From assembly GCA_051362555.1 (NCBI GenBank), contig CM120646.1:14260001-14324000 (forward strand): DNA of 64,000 nt, in the 5' to 3' direction. The notes under the pieces are model-generated. The model made no database searches. It saw only the letters and a program-made list of their open reading frames with translations, and had not been told where the DNA came from. The translations under genes were made by a program, and so were the position numbers. Of the stretch, positions 11,640-23,784 are shown one piece after another; position 1 is the first letter of the stretch; each line of letters begins with the position of its first letter. The stretch comes from Lingula anatina (taxonomy: Eukaryota; Animalia; Brachiopoda).

Positions 11640-13872
11640 GTGAGAACAAAGAGATACTATAATTACAACGTACATGTGTGCACGCACGTGGCCAGCATCT
11701 GTGTTCGTTCACGTGCGCTCCGTGTAAACTTAGAGCGTGTGATTCGAACACGGAAGTGGTTTGTTAAGTGCGACGTGTGTGCGTGTACCTGTATGCGTGC
11801 GTGTGTGTTCGTGTAGGCGTGTGTCAATGTCCATAGACGCTGTATTTGCGCTAGTGGTAGAGTATGTGTGCATGAAATGACAAGGAAGATTCGTTATCCC
11901 GCCCTCAGTATGTCGTACTTAACTTGTAATTGGTAATTTTAGTCAGTGTATGTTAGAACTTCAGAATATGCTATTGGAATTTTATATCGGATGTTGTCAA
12001 ATCGTAAGTCTTTTAAAATCTTAAACAATCTGCGTAGTGCTGATAAGGACGCGCAACGCGGTTATACAGAGTTCTTTATTCCTGTTCGTATACTTATATT
12101 AGCATCAGTTTTCATTTTTATTTGTATGAGGTTTATATGTTTGAGTTTTGGCGCAGATAGATACTTTAATGTCATTATACTTGGTTAGTGTAACTTCACT
12201 AATCCACATTGATTGAACCAAGTTTCTAAAAATATACATTACCGATTGTATTAACTTTCAGATAAAGAGAAGCAAAGAAATCAACAGGAACAAGATCATG
12301 CCTCCAATTTGAAGGTCACGCTTACGTATGGAATAACCGAAACCAAATGCTTCACTAGTTATACTGTTAGACAAAATACTGTATATGCTTCGTTTTGCGA
12401 TTGTGAGAACAAGAAGATGTACCCATTGCTTCTCTTTTTAGATAATGTATTTGATCATGAATCCAACTGTTATTCATAATACTCGTTTTAGCATATACTG
12501 TTCTAAAGAGATGATTATTTTCATCATTTCGCGTTACAAAGAAAACGTATTTCTTATTTCGTTTCCAAATACGTAAATAGAAAATTTATGTCAAGTGCCA
12601 TAAACGTTAAAAGAAGTTGTGTGTTCTGGTAATGTAAAAAATCACTTTAGTAAAAAATATAGAGATATTGTACAATGTATCTACCTTGCTCTCTAAAATG
12701 CAATAAAATAAGCAATAAAGCAAATATCCAATAATCAGGATATATCTTTAACATGTACGACTGACCAGATCGAGGGCTGGTATATGTTCATCCTTTTTAT
12801 CCCCTCACGTTTCAAACATGTCTGATATGCTTCAATGGCCCCCGTTAAGCCACTGTTACATCAGTCCGGTCTTGTCACTGACAATCATAGTGAATACTCA
12901 TGCTTCCTAGCCTACTACCCTGTCTCTCTCACACCGGGCTTGAGACCACTTGAACAAGAGAATTCATTCCATTCAAAGTTGTGGTACTATGCTTTCAAAA
13001 CACTTCTCAGTCCGATGAAGGCCTTCGCTCATGATGTCAGGGATCTTCATTGATGTGTGTACAAGTAACCACCTTTGGAGCTATAAAAACATGGGCATGA
13101 ACGGTCAGGTTACGTGGCTATCACTAAACCAAAAGGATAGGGTAGGCATAGAGCGACTGACACAATTACTGCCTCGCGGCCAATTAGAATAAGGTAGACG
13201 AGAGATCTTCCGATTTTCTCATAATATATTTTGAGAGTGCGTGTTAAAATCGGCGTGTTTCCCCAAGGAAAGCATAAGCCCCAACACACACGAAAGCATA
13301 AACCCCAACACGCACGATAGTTTCAATGGGAATAAGCCCTTGGACATTGACAATTGCGCTTCAACAACATTACTTTGATCTGGATACAGGGTGACAGATT
13401 CTTTGCTTCATCGAAATTTGAGCTTAAATGAAAGATAAAAACGTCTCAAATACAGTTGCATACAACTTCAAGTGCTTCCAACTTCAGCTACAATTTCATA
13501 TTTCCAACTTTTCCTGCAGCACTATTATTTGTTACCCGTGTCTAACATACCTTTTGGCAGCTGCTCGTAGAGAAACTACTTTTTTTCGTTATATCACAGG
13601 AATTATAATACGACCAGACTCTTAAAGCACTTTCGAAACCAAAACCTCACTTTACCTCGCCCATCTTGATTAAATATAAACACAAAATCCCGTAGAATCC
13701 CATTGGGTAGCACATGTGTCTTAAAAAAACTGACAAATATTTGTTGGATATTTGTTGGCTGTTACATAATGTATCTGTACCCCCTCAGTTCAGAATTTCA
13801 TCCTGTCACGTTGGGGTGTGTGAAAGATGGGGAAACGCAGGGCAAAAAAGTGCTTTGTCATCAATATTTTCA

Positions 13873-15836
13873 CATGGCCAGAAATGCGCAGCATTCACGC
13901 GATACGCGAGGGCGCTAAAGTAGGGCTTCACGTGACTCAACTAGCCAATCACAGCACAACATTGGCATCGTACACAGACTCTGTGATAAGTGCTCAGCCC
14001 ATTGTCAAGTAGTGTTAGTTCATGGTAACAAGCGTCTGACATGAGTAGAGAAGTTTATTGTAATTTATATTCTTATTCGTTTCACTTAATCGCATATAAA
14101 TCATTTATTGTCTAATAACTCGCAACGAAAACACCAACCACCTTTTCCAATTCAAATCATTTATTTCGTTAACCCTTGCTATGAGCTGTTGTTTGCTTGG
14201 CTGCGTTACAGAATGCGTACACACCACGCATTGACTGTCCTTCACAAACTCTCCGACTATAACCATTTACAAACTTCTCTTATTTTCTCTACTTCTGCTA
14301 TTTTCTTTCCCTTCTTTTCTTTTTTCTTTTTATACACTTTTCAACCACCTTTATTGTATTTCAATAGATTCTTTCGTTCCATATTTGAACTGTTTCATTC
14401 TTATGTATATATTACCGAATGTGTAAATGTCCAGAATTCACTGCACATCGGAAACTACCATTTTCTTATGTCTTATCACAACTACTCTCGTCTTTGTTAC
14501 CAATTTTGTACATTTTACACTGATCTTTGTATTCTTCATTAATCATAATTAGTACTAAGCAAATACCCTTTAATACTGTACTCCAATTAACTTATTACAA
14601 CTTTTCCATTTTGTGCCTTCTCTGATATATTACTTTCTTGACCAACTTCTATACCATTTAAAATATTCTTTGTTTTATATTTGCGATTTACTTGGACTTG
14701 ACGCAGCAAGCTGAAACAGCCTCGAATGAAATATGCTCATCTCACATTTCCTTTTATACTATTGCGCAATGCACGATCTGCGCATGTCAAACTCCCCGCC
14801 CTATGAACTCATTTCCTCACCTGAATTGCTTCTCTAACACATTTTGCGTTGACTCGTTAAACGACAATAAATTCATATATATTGTTCTTATTGTTACATT
14901 ATTAAATTTAACTCTGTATCCAAGTAGTAACTATACTGTACCAAGTCAGGTACTGATGATGCGCAGAGGTCATATATTCCAGAATAAGCCATTACCACTA
15001 ATTTATAACTTTAATTTTGTTTCATATGTTATTCATGAAAGAGTTCATGAAATATTATTTTAATTTGTTAAATCGTGATCTTATTCTTTTTATATTCAAA
15101 TAATTGAATAATGTGGGTAAAATTGGTCTTCCACTTCTTATTTGCATTTTTCCTTTATTACAAGATTATTTTGGAACAGTTGCAGCATTAAAATTTAAAA
15201 TAAATAGCAATCTGAAAGAAGAATTTTGCATTATTATTAAATGATGATAGGAATTTTGGATTAAGAGATTAGTTAAATACTGAGTAGTGATATTGTCAGT
15301 CAATTTATGTAGAATCTGATAATATGATTGAAAATACTGATTGAATTCCTGGCCTTGCACTGGGCAGTTTCACATTTGTGCCAAGTGCTTTTTTTGGACT
15401 CCATTGTACAGTGGTAAAAGTTCTTCAATTGCCATGAAAGTTTTTAATCAGACTCTGTATGGTGCTGCTATCTGCTGGTGCTATCGGCAACGAATTAGTT
15501 TGCCTTTGTTTCTGAGTGAATCTACCGTCTAAAATCACTATTTCTGAAAATATGTGCGTTTTGCTGAGGGTAGGCTAGGCAATACACGGCAAACTTCTTA
15601 GTACGTGTGTACAACATAATTTTTTTAAAAACCCTAGCGATATTTGGTCAGGAGTTGCTTGAAGCATAGCACAGCGTTGCTGTCTATCGGCATCAGGCCG
15701 TTAGTTTGTCAATTATCACGAATTACCCACGAATCGCGAACCCATTCATTTTCCTATGGCAATCTAGCAACTCATTAAAAGTGCACGCATGCGCAGTGGG
15801 CTATGCATGACGTCATGCAGTGCATTTCTGTGGATG
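13873..15836. mobile_element. ~2 kb non-coding insertion with imperfect ~22-bp terminal inverted repeats (putative non-autonomous DNA transposon)
   Basis: Left end catggccagaaatgcgcagcat; right end reverse complement catccacagaaatgcactgcat. Absent from the paralogous spacers, where caatattttca runs straight into atccctgcaaat (about 20637) or acccttgcaaat (about 26523). Confidence 0.65.
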
Positions 15837-16015
15837 AATCCTTCCAAATAAACGATATTGTGATATAGGTGAAGAAGTTAAAAAAAATATTGTATCCAGT
15901 ACTTTAATGGTATTCAAGGTGAATAAGAGTTGAGAAAAAGTTCATTTTAATGATTTCCCCCGTTTTCATTCCGCTGACAAGGCCTTGAAGAGAGCTGTTT
16001 TTCATATAGCTGTAT

Positions 16016-16270
16016 CAGGCTTACCTAACTACCAGACTCGGCACCGAATGATCCTGTATTCATCGATAGATCGGACCACATTACCCGTTTTCAAGGTGTG
16101 TGTCAGCACGCTCTTCGAAGTATCAGTCGCGACACCGCACTTGCCTAGTACGTGATGTGATAGTGATGATTCTCAGAGGGGTTGGAAAGTAGTGCATCTT
16201 ATCTTAAATTTTGTTCCGGGGTATGATACTGTGAAATGCGTACTGACACACACCTTGAAAACGGGTAGTA
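16016..16270 (+). mobile_element. Internally deleted, right-truncated copy of the 34345-35317 element
   Basis: Starts caggcttacctaactaccagactcggcacc and shares acccgttttcaaggtgtgtgtcag and its inverted partner ctgacacacaccttgaaaacgg. Absent from the paralogous spacers at about 20840 and 26730. Confidence 0.8.
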
Positions 16271-17207
16271 AAGTTGTTTACAATGATTTGTCGAGAAGAA
16301 CCGTCAGTGATAATGGCAACGCCAATACAATACGCAAATTGTAATGAAATATGCTAGTATACACAAATATACTGGTGGATAACGTGCTTAATGAAAGAAA
16401 CGCACAAAAAAGACCGGAAGAAGGCCTAAACATGTACAACGTTGTTCTATCCTGCATTTTTTTACGGGCATCAATCTAGCCTGGGCCACAATTTCGTGAA
16501 TACTGGAAGTGGATTTGATAAACGTTGGCGGTGTACTATGTAAGACACAAACGAGTGCAATATCTCCTGACCATGGGGTTACGCACTTACCAAAATGATG
16601 CATTTCTATTTCTCACTATAAATTAACTGTATAATGTAATTTTAGTGTTACGTTATAATGTCTATATTCAATTTTACGATGTCTTTCTTGTCACGTAAGA
16701 TAGCTAACAGTATTTTCAGTGAAAATAATAGGTGTACCCTACCTAAATATAGTGCATGGTTCATAATGAAGAGTCTTATCTTAAATGTCTATTGTGTAAA
16801 TTTCTTAATTTACGTTTCTTATTTTTTGTCGTTTGATATAAATGTCGCATTTAAATCGCCACCAAGCGACACGGCATAAGTCGACATAAGTATATTTTAG
16901 GAAAAAAAATTGATCATATGGGTTCGTTTATAATAAGCATGTTTTCTACATAGAAGAATTTATCAGCCACTTAATAGCATCACTTATGATAACCTATAAC
17001 AACTCGATACTTACGTAACAGAACCGGTCTGTTACAACTCTATTATTTACACACTGGCACAAACGGGAACAAGTGATGGTATCTTTTTAATGACAAATTC
17101 GGAAAAAAAAGATAAATTGTTCCATTCCTGTATAAAACAGCAGGAACCAACTGTAGAAAAAGAAAAAGCGCGATTTGTACTTTTTGTCACATCTCACCGC
17201 CAGCGTC

Positions 17208-19804
17208 ATGGGTCGTGTGCGTACTTTGTTATTTGGTGCGTTGCTCTGTCTTGTGGTCGTCGGGATAGACGGACAATTTACAAGTAGGTGATCCTCTACA
17301 CGGGCCGTGAAACTGTATTTTTTCGCAATGTAGTTTTCATGATACTTCATGTTTAGGATCATAACTATAATACAGTGTTGCATCAAAATACAGACGTGTA
17401 TTTTGGTTTTTTTTTTCAGTTATGTCAGTATTTTAGATACAGCGAAACATTGTACAATATGCACTAATTGTTCTCCGGGGCTTTTTGTGCCCTAATTGTT
17501 GGTTGTCTATAGACTTAAGGGTTCCCTTTCTCTCTTTCACCATTATTTAGCTTGTAGAAAACCATGTACATATAAAAAGTAACATATCTAAATCGTTGGG
17601 TTGATCGATATAGCAAATAATCATTGGACATGGCATACAAAATAGGCTTTGAATGGCAAGTCCCCTTCAAAGTGTAAATACCTTTGTTTCCGTGTGTGGT
17701 TGCCTTGTTGATATAGAACCATCGGATCAGCGCTGTATCCAATGTGTGCAATTAAATGTTACAGGTAAAATCACAATTAGTTCGTTATTTTAGGTGGACA
17801 TTCGAATTATTTGGGAGAAAGACTCTTCATTATGAGTCAAGCGCTATATTTATGTAGGGTTCACCTGTCATTTTTCACTGAAAATACTACTTGACAAGAC
17901 GCGACAAGAAAACATCGGGAAATTAAATATATAATTTATGACCGCAAAACTAATTTTACTCCAGACAGTTCATTTATGGTGAGAAATAGATCATTTGGTT
18001 AAGATGCCTCATTCACGGCCACGTGTAGTTCGTGGCAAATTTCTCCAGTCGCGTTGAATAAAAGTGATCATAATTGGTAGATGGAAAGGTAGATGGTGCA
18101 ATGTGTACAATGTGAATATCTAGCGAAAAATTAATCTGTGGCCCAGGCAGAGAGTACGTGTCCTGACCATGGGGTGGCGCACTTACCAAAACTATCAATT
18201 TCTTTTCTCACCATAAATGCAGTGTGGAGTAATATTAGTGTTGCGATCGAAAATTATATATTTAATTTTACAATGTCTTCTTGTCACGTAAGATAGCAAG
18301 CAGTATTTACATTGAAAATGATAGGTGAACCCTACATAAATATAGTGGTGGATTCATGTCGAAGAGTCTTTCTCGAAAATATACCAAATGTCCATTATTG
18401 AAATGTCTAAATCTATGCTTATAATTTTTTTAGTTCTTTGACCCTAATGTCGAATTCAATACGCACCAGGCGACACAGCAGAGTCAACCTGTCACTCTTT
18501 AAATATCACTTATGATAACCTTTAAAGAATTCAATTATTAATACTTTTATTTTAGTTGAAGGGAACTCGATATTTAAGTAACAGTATCGGTCCTTCGCAG
18601 CCCTATTATCTATGCACTGGTACAAATTGGAACATGTAATGGTATCATGATTATAACAGATTAAGAGAAAGCACAAAGTGCATTGTTCCGGCCTTGTGTA
18701 AAATGCCAAGGATCAGGTGAAGAGGAAAGAGCAAGAATTGTCCAGCTTGATTGATCGTCACATCTCACCGCCAGTGGTAAGGGTCGTACGTGTACGTGTA
18801 AATATATCAGCGAGCATGTTTTTGAATGTTGAAGAAATTTCTATTAGCCCTTGCTTATACACATAAGCCCTCTCCCTAAATTCCCCAAAACCATAAACTG
18901 TACGTTCTACATGTTTTTTGTGTGATACACCAATTTGCAAATTTCATTTTGTAAAAATTGTAAACATACGTATGTGGTTTTGATGTATGCTGATGCTGTA
19001 ATAATTTCGATACGTTATGAGAATTCGTATGTTTTCGGCTATGGCGACCGAACCTCATAACAAAGATAATTCTCTGAAATGAATGAGCCTTTTTGACCAC
19101 CATCCGTGTCGTATATCACGGCTCTATATACCACATACATGTACTAGTGACGTAACACTTGAACAAATTTAAACTTTATTTTCGCCCATTATTGAAATAT
19201 TTACCTCAGTTAATTCTTGACCCATTATGCACGCAGAGCTTGATTTTGTAATTGAGGGGCGAAGATAATTGAATTGATTTGATAAAAAAAGGGAAAAAAA
19301 ACGTCCATCATGTCAAAACGTTTCAATTTCTTTTTTTTTTTTCAGATCTGATATTTCCTCCCAACCAGTGCACCAACAGCATATGGTGTTGTAAGTAATT
19401 TAAATATTACATCAACTGTATCTCTCTGTCTAAAGTCTAAAAACTACATGTATAAATCTGACTTTAAAAAGTTTGAGCATGTTGTTTTATGTGAAGTTGT
19501 TCAATATGAAGTTAAATGTACCTCATGTTCATAGCAAATACCTTATTCGAAATAGACATTAACGTTAGCGATTTTGATAGCCGAATTCATGAAACCACGA
19601 TTTAATATTGCCATAGTATTAATACTGATTCCAAACACCTTTTCAGTTGTTTGCCGTACCTTTTTTTCCGTGACTTGCAGATCCACCAATTGTCCGTTTT
19701 TTACTCGAACGATTGCCACTTTTCTGAGTTCTAATAACCAAGTGACATGCAGATGCTGTAGATCCTTCAGCCTTCCCCTGGCGGCTGCTACCACGGCTGG
19801 CTAG
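17208..19804 (+). CDS. Secreted 8-Cys cationic peptide, chimeric copy B (92 aa); exons 17208-17283, 19346-19390, 19647-19804
   Basis: TATAAAA at 17131. Predicted product MGRVRTLLFGALLCLVVVGIDGQFTNLIFPPNQCTNSIWCFVCRTFFSVTCRSTNCPFFTRTIATFLSSNNQVTCRCCRSFSLPLAAATTAG*. Exon 1 is D/E-type and exons 2-3 are A-type; all junctions are phase 1. The exon 1 to exon 2 join is inferred. Confidence 0.72.
18690..18796 (+). pseudogene. Dead A-type promoter and exon-1 remnant inside intron 1 of copy B
   Basis: Aligns to 10175-10283 but the TATA box is gtgtaaaa (was gtataaaa), the start codon is AAG (ggtAAGggtcgtacgtgtac versus agtATGggtcgtacgtgtac), and the rest of the exon and its donor are deleted. Confidence 0.85.
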
Positions 19805-22238
19805 GTGAGAACAAAGAGATTGGACAAGTTCGCACACACACTCGGTGTAAAAAAAAACGCATAGAACTAAATAAAAAACGTATAATAAAGTAAAAAAAAA
19901 CAACAAAACACAGTTAAAACGTATTAGCACTAACAAATTATGACAATTAAGTGCAGCTGCATGTAATTAAATGTCAGTCAGTTGCTCGAGGTTGCTCGCT
20001 AGTTGCTCGAGGAGACGTGTCTTTTAGTCAATCTGATTGCATTCAGCGATAGTCCCCGCGGAGTTGGATCAATCTATGTAGAACGATAGATTCAATGGGA
20101 ATAAGCCCTTGGACATTGGCAATCGCGCTTCAACAACGTTACTTTGATCTGGATACTGGGTGACAGATTCTTAACTTCGTTGAAATTTGAGCTTAAAAAA
20201 ACGAAACGTCTCAAATACAGCTGCATACAAATTCGAGTGCTTCCGATTTCAGGTATAATTTCATATTTTCCAACTTTTCCTGCAGCACTATTATTTGTTA
20301 CCTGTTTCTAACATACCTTTTGCCAGCTGTTCGAAGCGAAACTACATTTTTCGTGATATCACAGGAATTGTAACAGGACCACACTTTTAAAGCACATCCA
20401 AACCCGACACCACAATTTGCCTCGCCTATCTTGTTTAAATATGAACACAAAATCCCGTAGAATGCCATTGGGTAGCACGTGTGTCTTAAAATAGCTGTCA
20501 TATGTGATTTGATATTTGTTGGCTGTTACATGATGAATCTGTACCCCCTCAGTCCAGTATTACATCCTGTATTAAATTGGGGATGTGAAAGATGGGGAAA
20601 CGTAGGACGAATAAGTGCTTTGTCATCAATATTTTCAATCCCTGCAAATTAATGCTGAATAGGGAATAAAAGGCCAAACAACATTGTGATAGAGGTGAAA
20701 AAGTTCAAGAAAATTATTGTATACAGTACTTTAATGATATTCAAGATGAATAAGAGTTGAGAAGAAGGTCATTGTCATGATTTCCCCCATTTTTATCCCG
20801 CCAACAAGGCCTTGGAGAGAGCGGTTTTCATATAGTTGTATGGCAAGGTCAATTCGGTCCGTGAAGCTGCTGTATACTAAAAAAGTATCACAACTTCATA
20901 CTAACACGAGTAAATAATGAGGGTTTTTATTTACAGCATTTAGTCTGTTGTCTGACGAATCCGCCATTTAAATGCATGTACAGTACTTGGTTGCTAACGA
21001 CTTAAAAGATAATAAAGCTTCCTGTCAACCTTGTGCCTCGATAAAAGTCTGTGTACCGACCGGCAGTGGCTTCAAACTATTCACAGTTGTGCAACGCTGA
21101 GTCCGTCACTAATATCACTGTGTATTACATGTGATCTCTGTTTCAATGTAAGTTCCAGTATAAGTTGGATTTTCTTAAATATCTCAGTATAATATAACTG
21201 AAAGGATCAACATTTCACTTTTATACCTCATAGCTAAAATTTAAATGACAGAAGTAGACATTGGCTATTATTTTTTAAGAAAATGCTAGTAATACGGCCA
21301 ACACTACTATAGCATCAGTTAAGTTCTATGGTATTTGCAATGATGTGTCGTGAAGAAGCGTCAGTAATTATGACAACGCCAAAAAAAAAAAAAAAAAAAC
21401 GCAAATTATATGAAATATGCTAGTATACAAAAATATACTGGTTGATAACGTGCTTAATGAAACAAACGTATAAAAAAAGGTTTACACATATACGTCATGG
21501 TTCTTTCCAACTATATTTGTTTTGAGGGCAATAACCTAGCCTGGGCCCCGATCATGGGGTTACGCACTTACCAAAAATGATGCATTTCTCTTTCTCACTA
21601 TAAATTAACTGTATGGTGTAATTTTAGTGTTGCGGTTATAATGAATATATTCAATTTTACGATATCTTTTTGTCACGTAAGATAGCTAACAGTTTTTTCT
21701 GTGAAAATGATAGGTGTACCCTACCTAAATATTGTGCTTTGCTCATAATGAAGAGTCCAACTCGAAAATATTAAATGTGTATTGTGTACATTTCTTTATT
21801 TATGTTTCTTATTTTTTGTACTTTGACATAAATGTCGAATTAAATTCCGCACCGAGCGACACGGCTTTACTTATGAGGGTTCATAAGTATCTGTTAGGAA
21901 AAATTGATCATATGGGTACGTTTGGTAATAAGCATGATTTCTACTTAGAAGAATTTATCAACCACTTATTAGCATCACTTATGAAAACTTGATAACAAAT
22001 CACTATTTAGCCCTTTTTGTTTAAGGGAACTCGATACATAAGTAGCAGTTCTGGACTAGCAGAACTCTATTATTTACACACTGGCACAAATGGGAACAAG
22101 TGATTGTATCGTTATAATGGCTATTTCAGAGAAAACATAAGATGCATTGTTCCATTCCTGTATAAAACACCAGGAACCAACTGTAGTAAAAGAAAAAGCG
22201 AGATTTGTACTTCTTTGTCACATCTCACCGCCAGCGTC

Positions 22239-23784
22239 ATGGGTCGTGTGCGTACTTTGTTATTCGCTGCGTTGCTCTGTCTTGTGGTCGTCGGGATAGA
22301 CGCACAGATTACACGTAGGTGAAACTATATTTTTTCGCAATGTAGTTTTCATGAGATTTTCATGTTTAGGATTATAACAATAGTACAGTGTTGCATCAAA
22401 ATACAGACGTGTATTTTGGTGTTTTTTTCAGTTATGTCAGCTTAGTTACAGCGTGAAATTGTACATGTACAACGTGCACTATTTGTTCTCCAGGGCTCTT
22501 TACAACTTTTTACATTGAACTTGAGAGGGGGAAATAATAGAAAGTACACCTTATAGAAATGTGTTCATTCCATTTTTTTTCATAGTACCAGTACCTAACA
22601 GTTGTACCAACAGCATATGGTGTTGTAAGTATCAACTCTTTTCCTATACGTCTAAAAGCTATTTTTGTCAGATAAATAAGAATTAAGATAATTAATTATA
22701 TTTATGTAGGAAATGGTTTGTTTTTAGTGGTGGTAATAACTTTATTAATAAAACATCAACATTTGTTGATAGGAAATAGTCTTAGTTTGGGTCTTGTGTC
22801 TGCACATTTTGACCTTAAGTAGTTGACCCAGGCAAGGTGATAACAGGGTTATGAAATGTCTTAGCTGCTGTGTAACTAGGCACATGCATTTATTTTTTAT
22901 GAAAGATGTTTTGGGAACTATTTCTAACGAGCTGCATCAGTGAGAAGTCATTTAGCGGCTTTTGAGCTGCTGAGATATTTACCGCAGTTTTACCAGCTAC
23001 GCTGTATTATTACTTACGTTTCTTTATTTTTATGTGTACATTGGTAAAAAATGAGAAATCACAACAGCTATAGGAGAAAAAAGTTGGCACAAATGAAAAA
23101 AGACCATAAGATGTGAGAGAAGATCACATCTGTGCCAAGCCTTTTATTTTCATTTGCACCAACTTTTAGCTCCTATAGCTGTTGTGATTTCTCATATTTT
23201 TGTTAATTAATCTTGGTTACACTCATACTTTATTATTTTTATATTATGGCACTTATATAGTTTGGGGGATGTTATATTATCTCCCCAGTTTTGTAACTTT
23301 GTATCTTATTAGTTTTCGTCATAAACAAATGACAATTTTCAGTCATATGGACTTAATTATCTTACTTTTGAGCGAAAACAGAGCTTCGTTGTGCTTATGA
23401 ACATTTGGCTATATAAATATATTGAATTAAAAGTAAAAACAAATATGCCATATGTTAGATTATGATTATAAAATAGCACATGTATTATGTTCTTTAGCAA
23501 TTGCCTCTGGTGGGATTGCTTTCAAAGGGGTACATAAATCTTGGAAACACTGAAGTTTATGATATCACAGATAATTGAAATGCATCGGCTTACGTGCAAC
23601 TTCTATGTATTACATAAATAACATCTTAAGCCTCATCTTTTCAGTGGTTTGCCGTCTCTTTTTTGGAGCAACTTGCAGCACTAACCAGTGCACGCCTTCG
23701 AATAGCGCACTTGCCGCTTTTCTGGGCACCAATAACCAGCAGGTTTGCTATTGCTGCAGGGCTTCCCTTCCTGGCCTAGGCTAG
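22239..23784 (+). CDS. Secreted 8-Cys peptide, copy D (84 aa); exons 22239-22314, 22586-22624, 23645-23784; non-coding exon from 24365
   Basis: TATAAAA at 22161. Product MGRVRTLLFAALLCLVVVGIDAQITLPVPNSCTNSIWCLVCRLFFGATCSTNQCTPSNSALAAFLGTNNQQVCYCCRASLPGLG*. Phase-1 GT/AG introns, TAG|gtgaga donor, AATAAA at 24701. Confidence 0.88.
23051..23195. repeat. ~145-bp imperfect palindrome (MITE-like) inside a ~730-bp insertion in intron 2 of copy D
   Basis: atgagaaatcacaacagctataggag at 23051 pairs with ctcctatagctgttgtgatttctcat ending at 23195. Intron 2 is 1020 nt in D and 285 nt in E. Confidence 0.8.

Noticed and set aside
14108-15063. 144-aa and 123-aa ORFs
   Set aside because: Low-complexity Phe/Tyr/Ile-rich translations of the T-rich interior of an insertion; no transposase motifs.
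17515-17751. Duplicated minus-strand ORF MHTLD.ALIRWFY... (also 28702..28911)
   Set aside because: Lies in duplicated intron 1 sequence, has a non-ATG start and no coding features.
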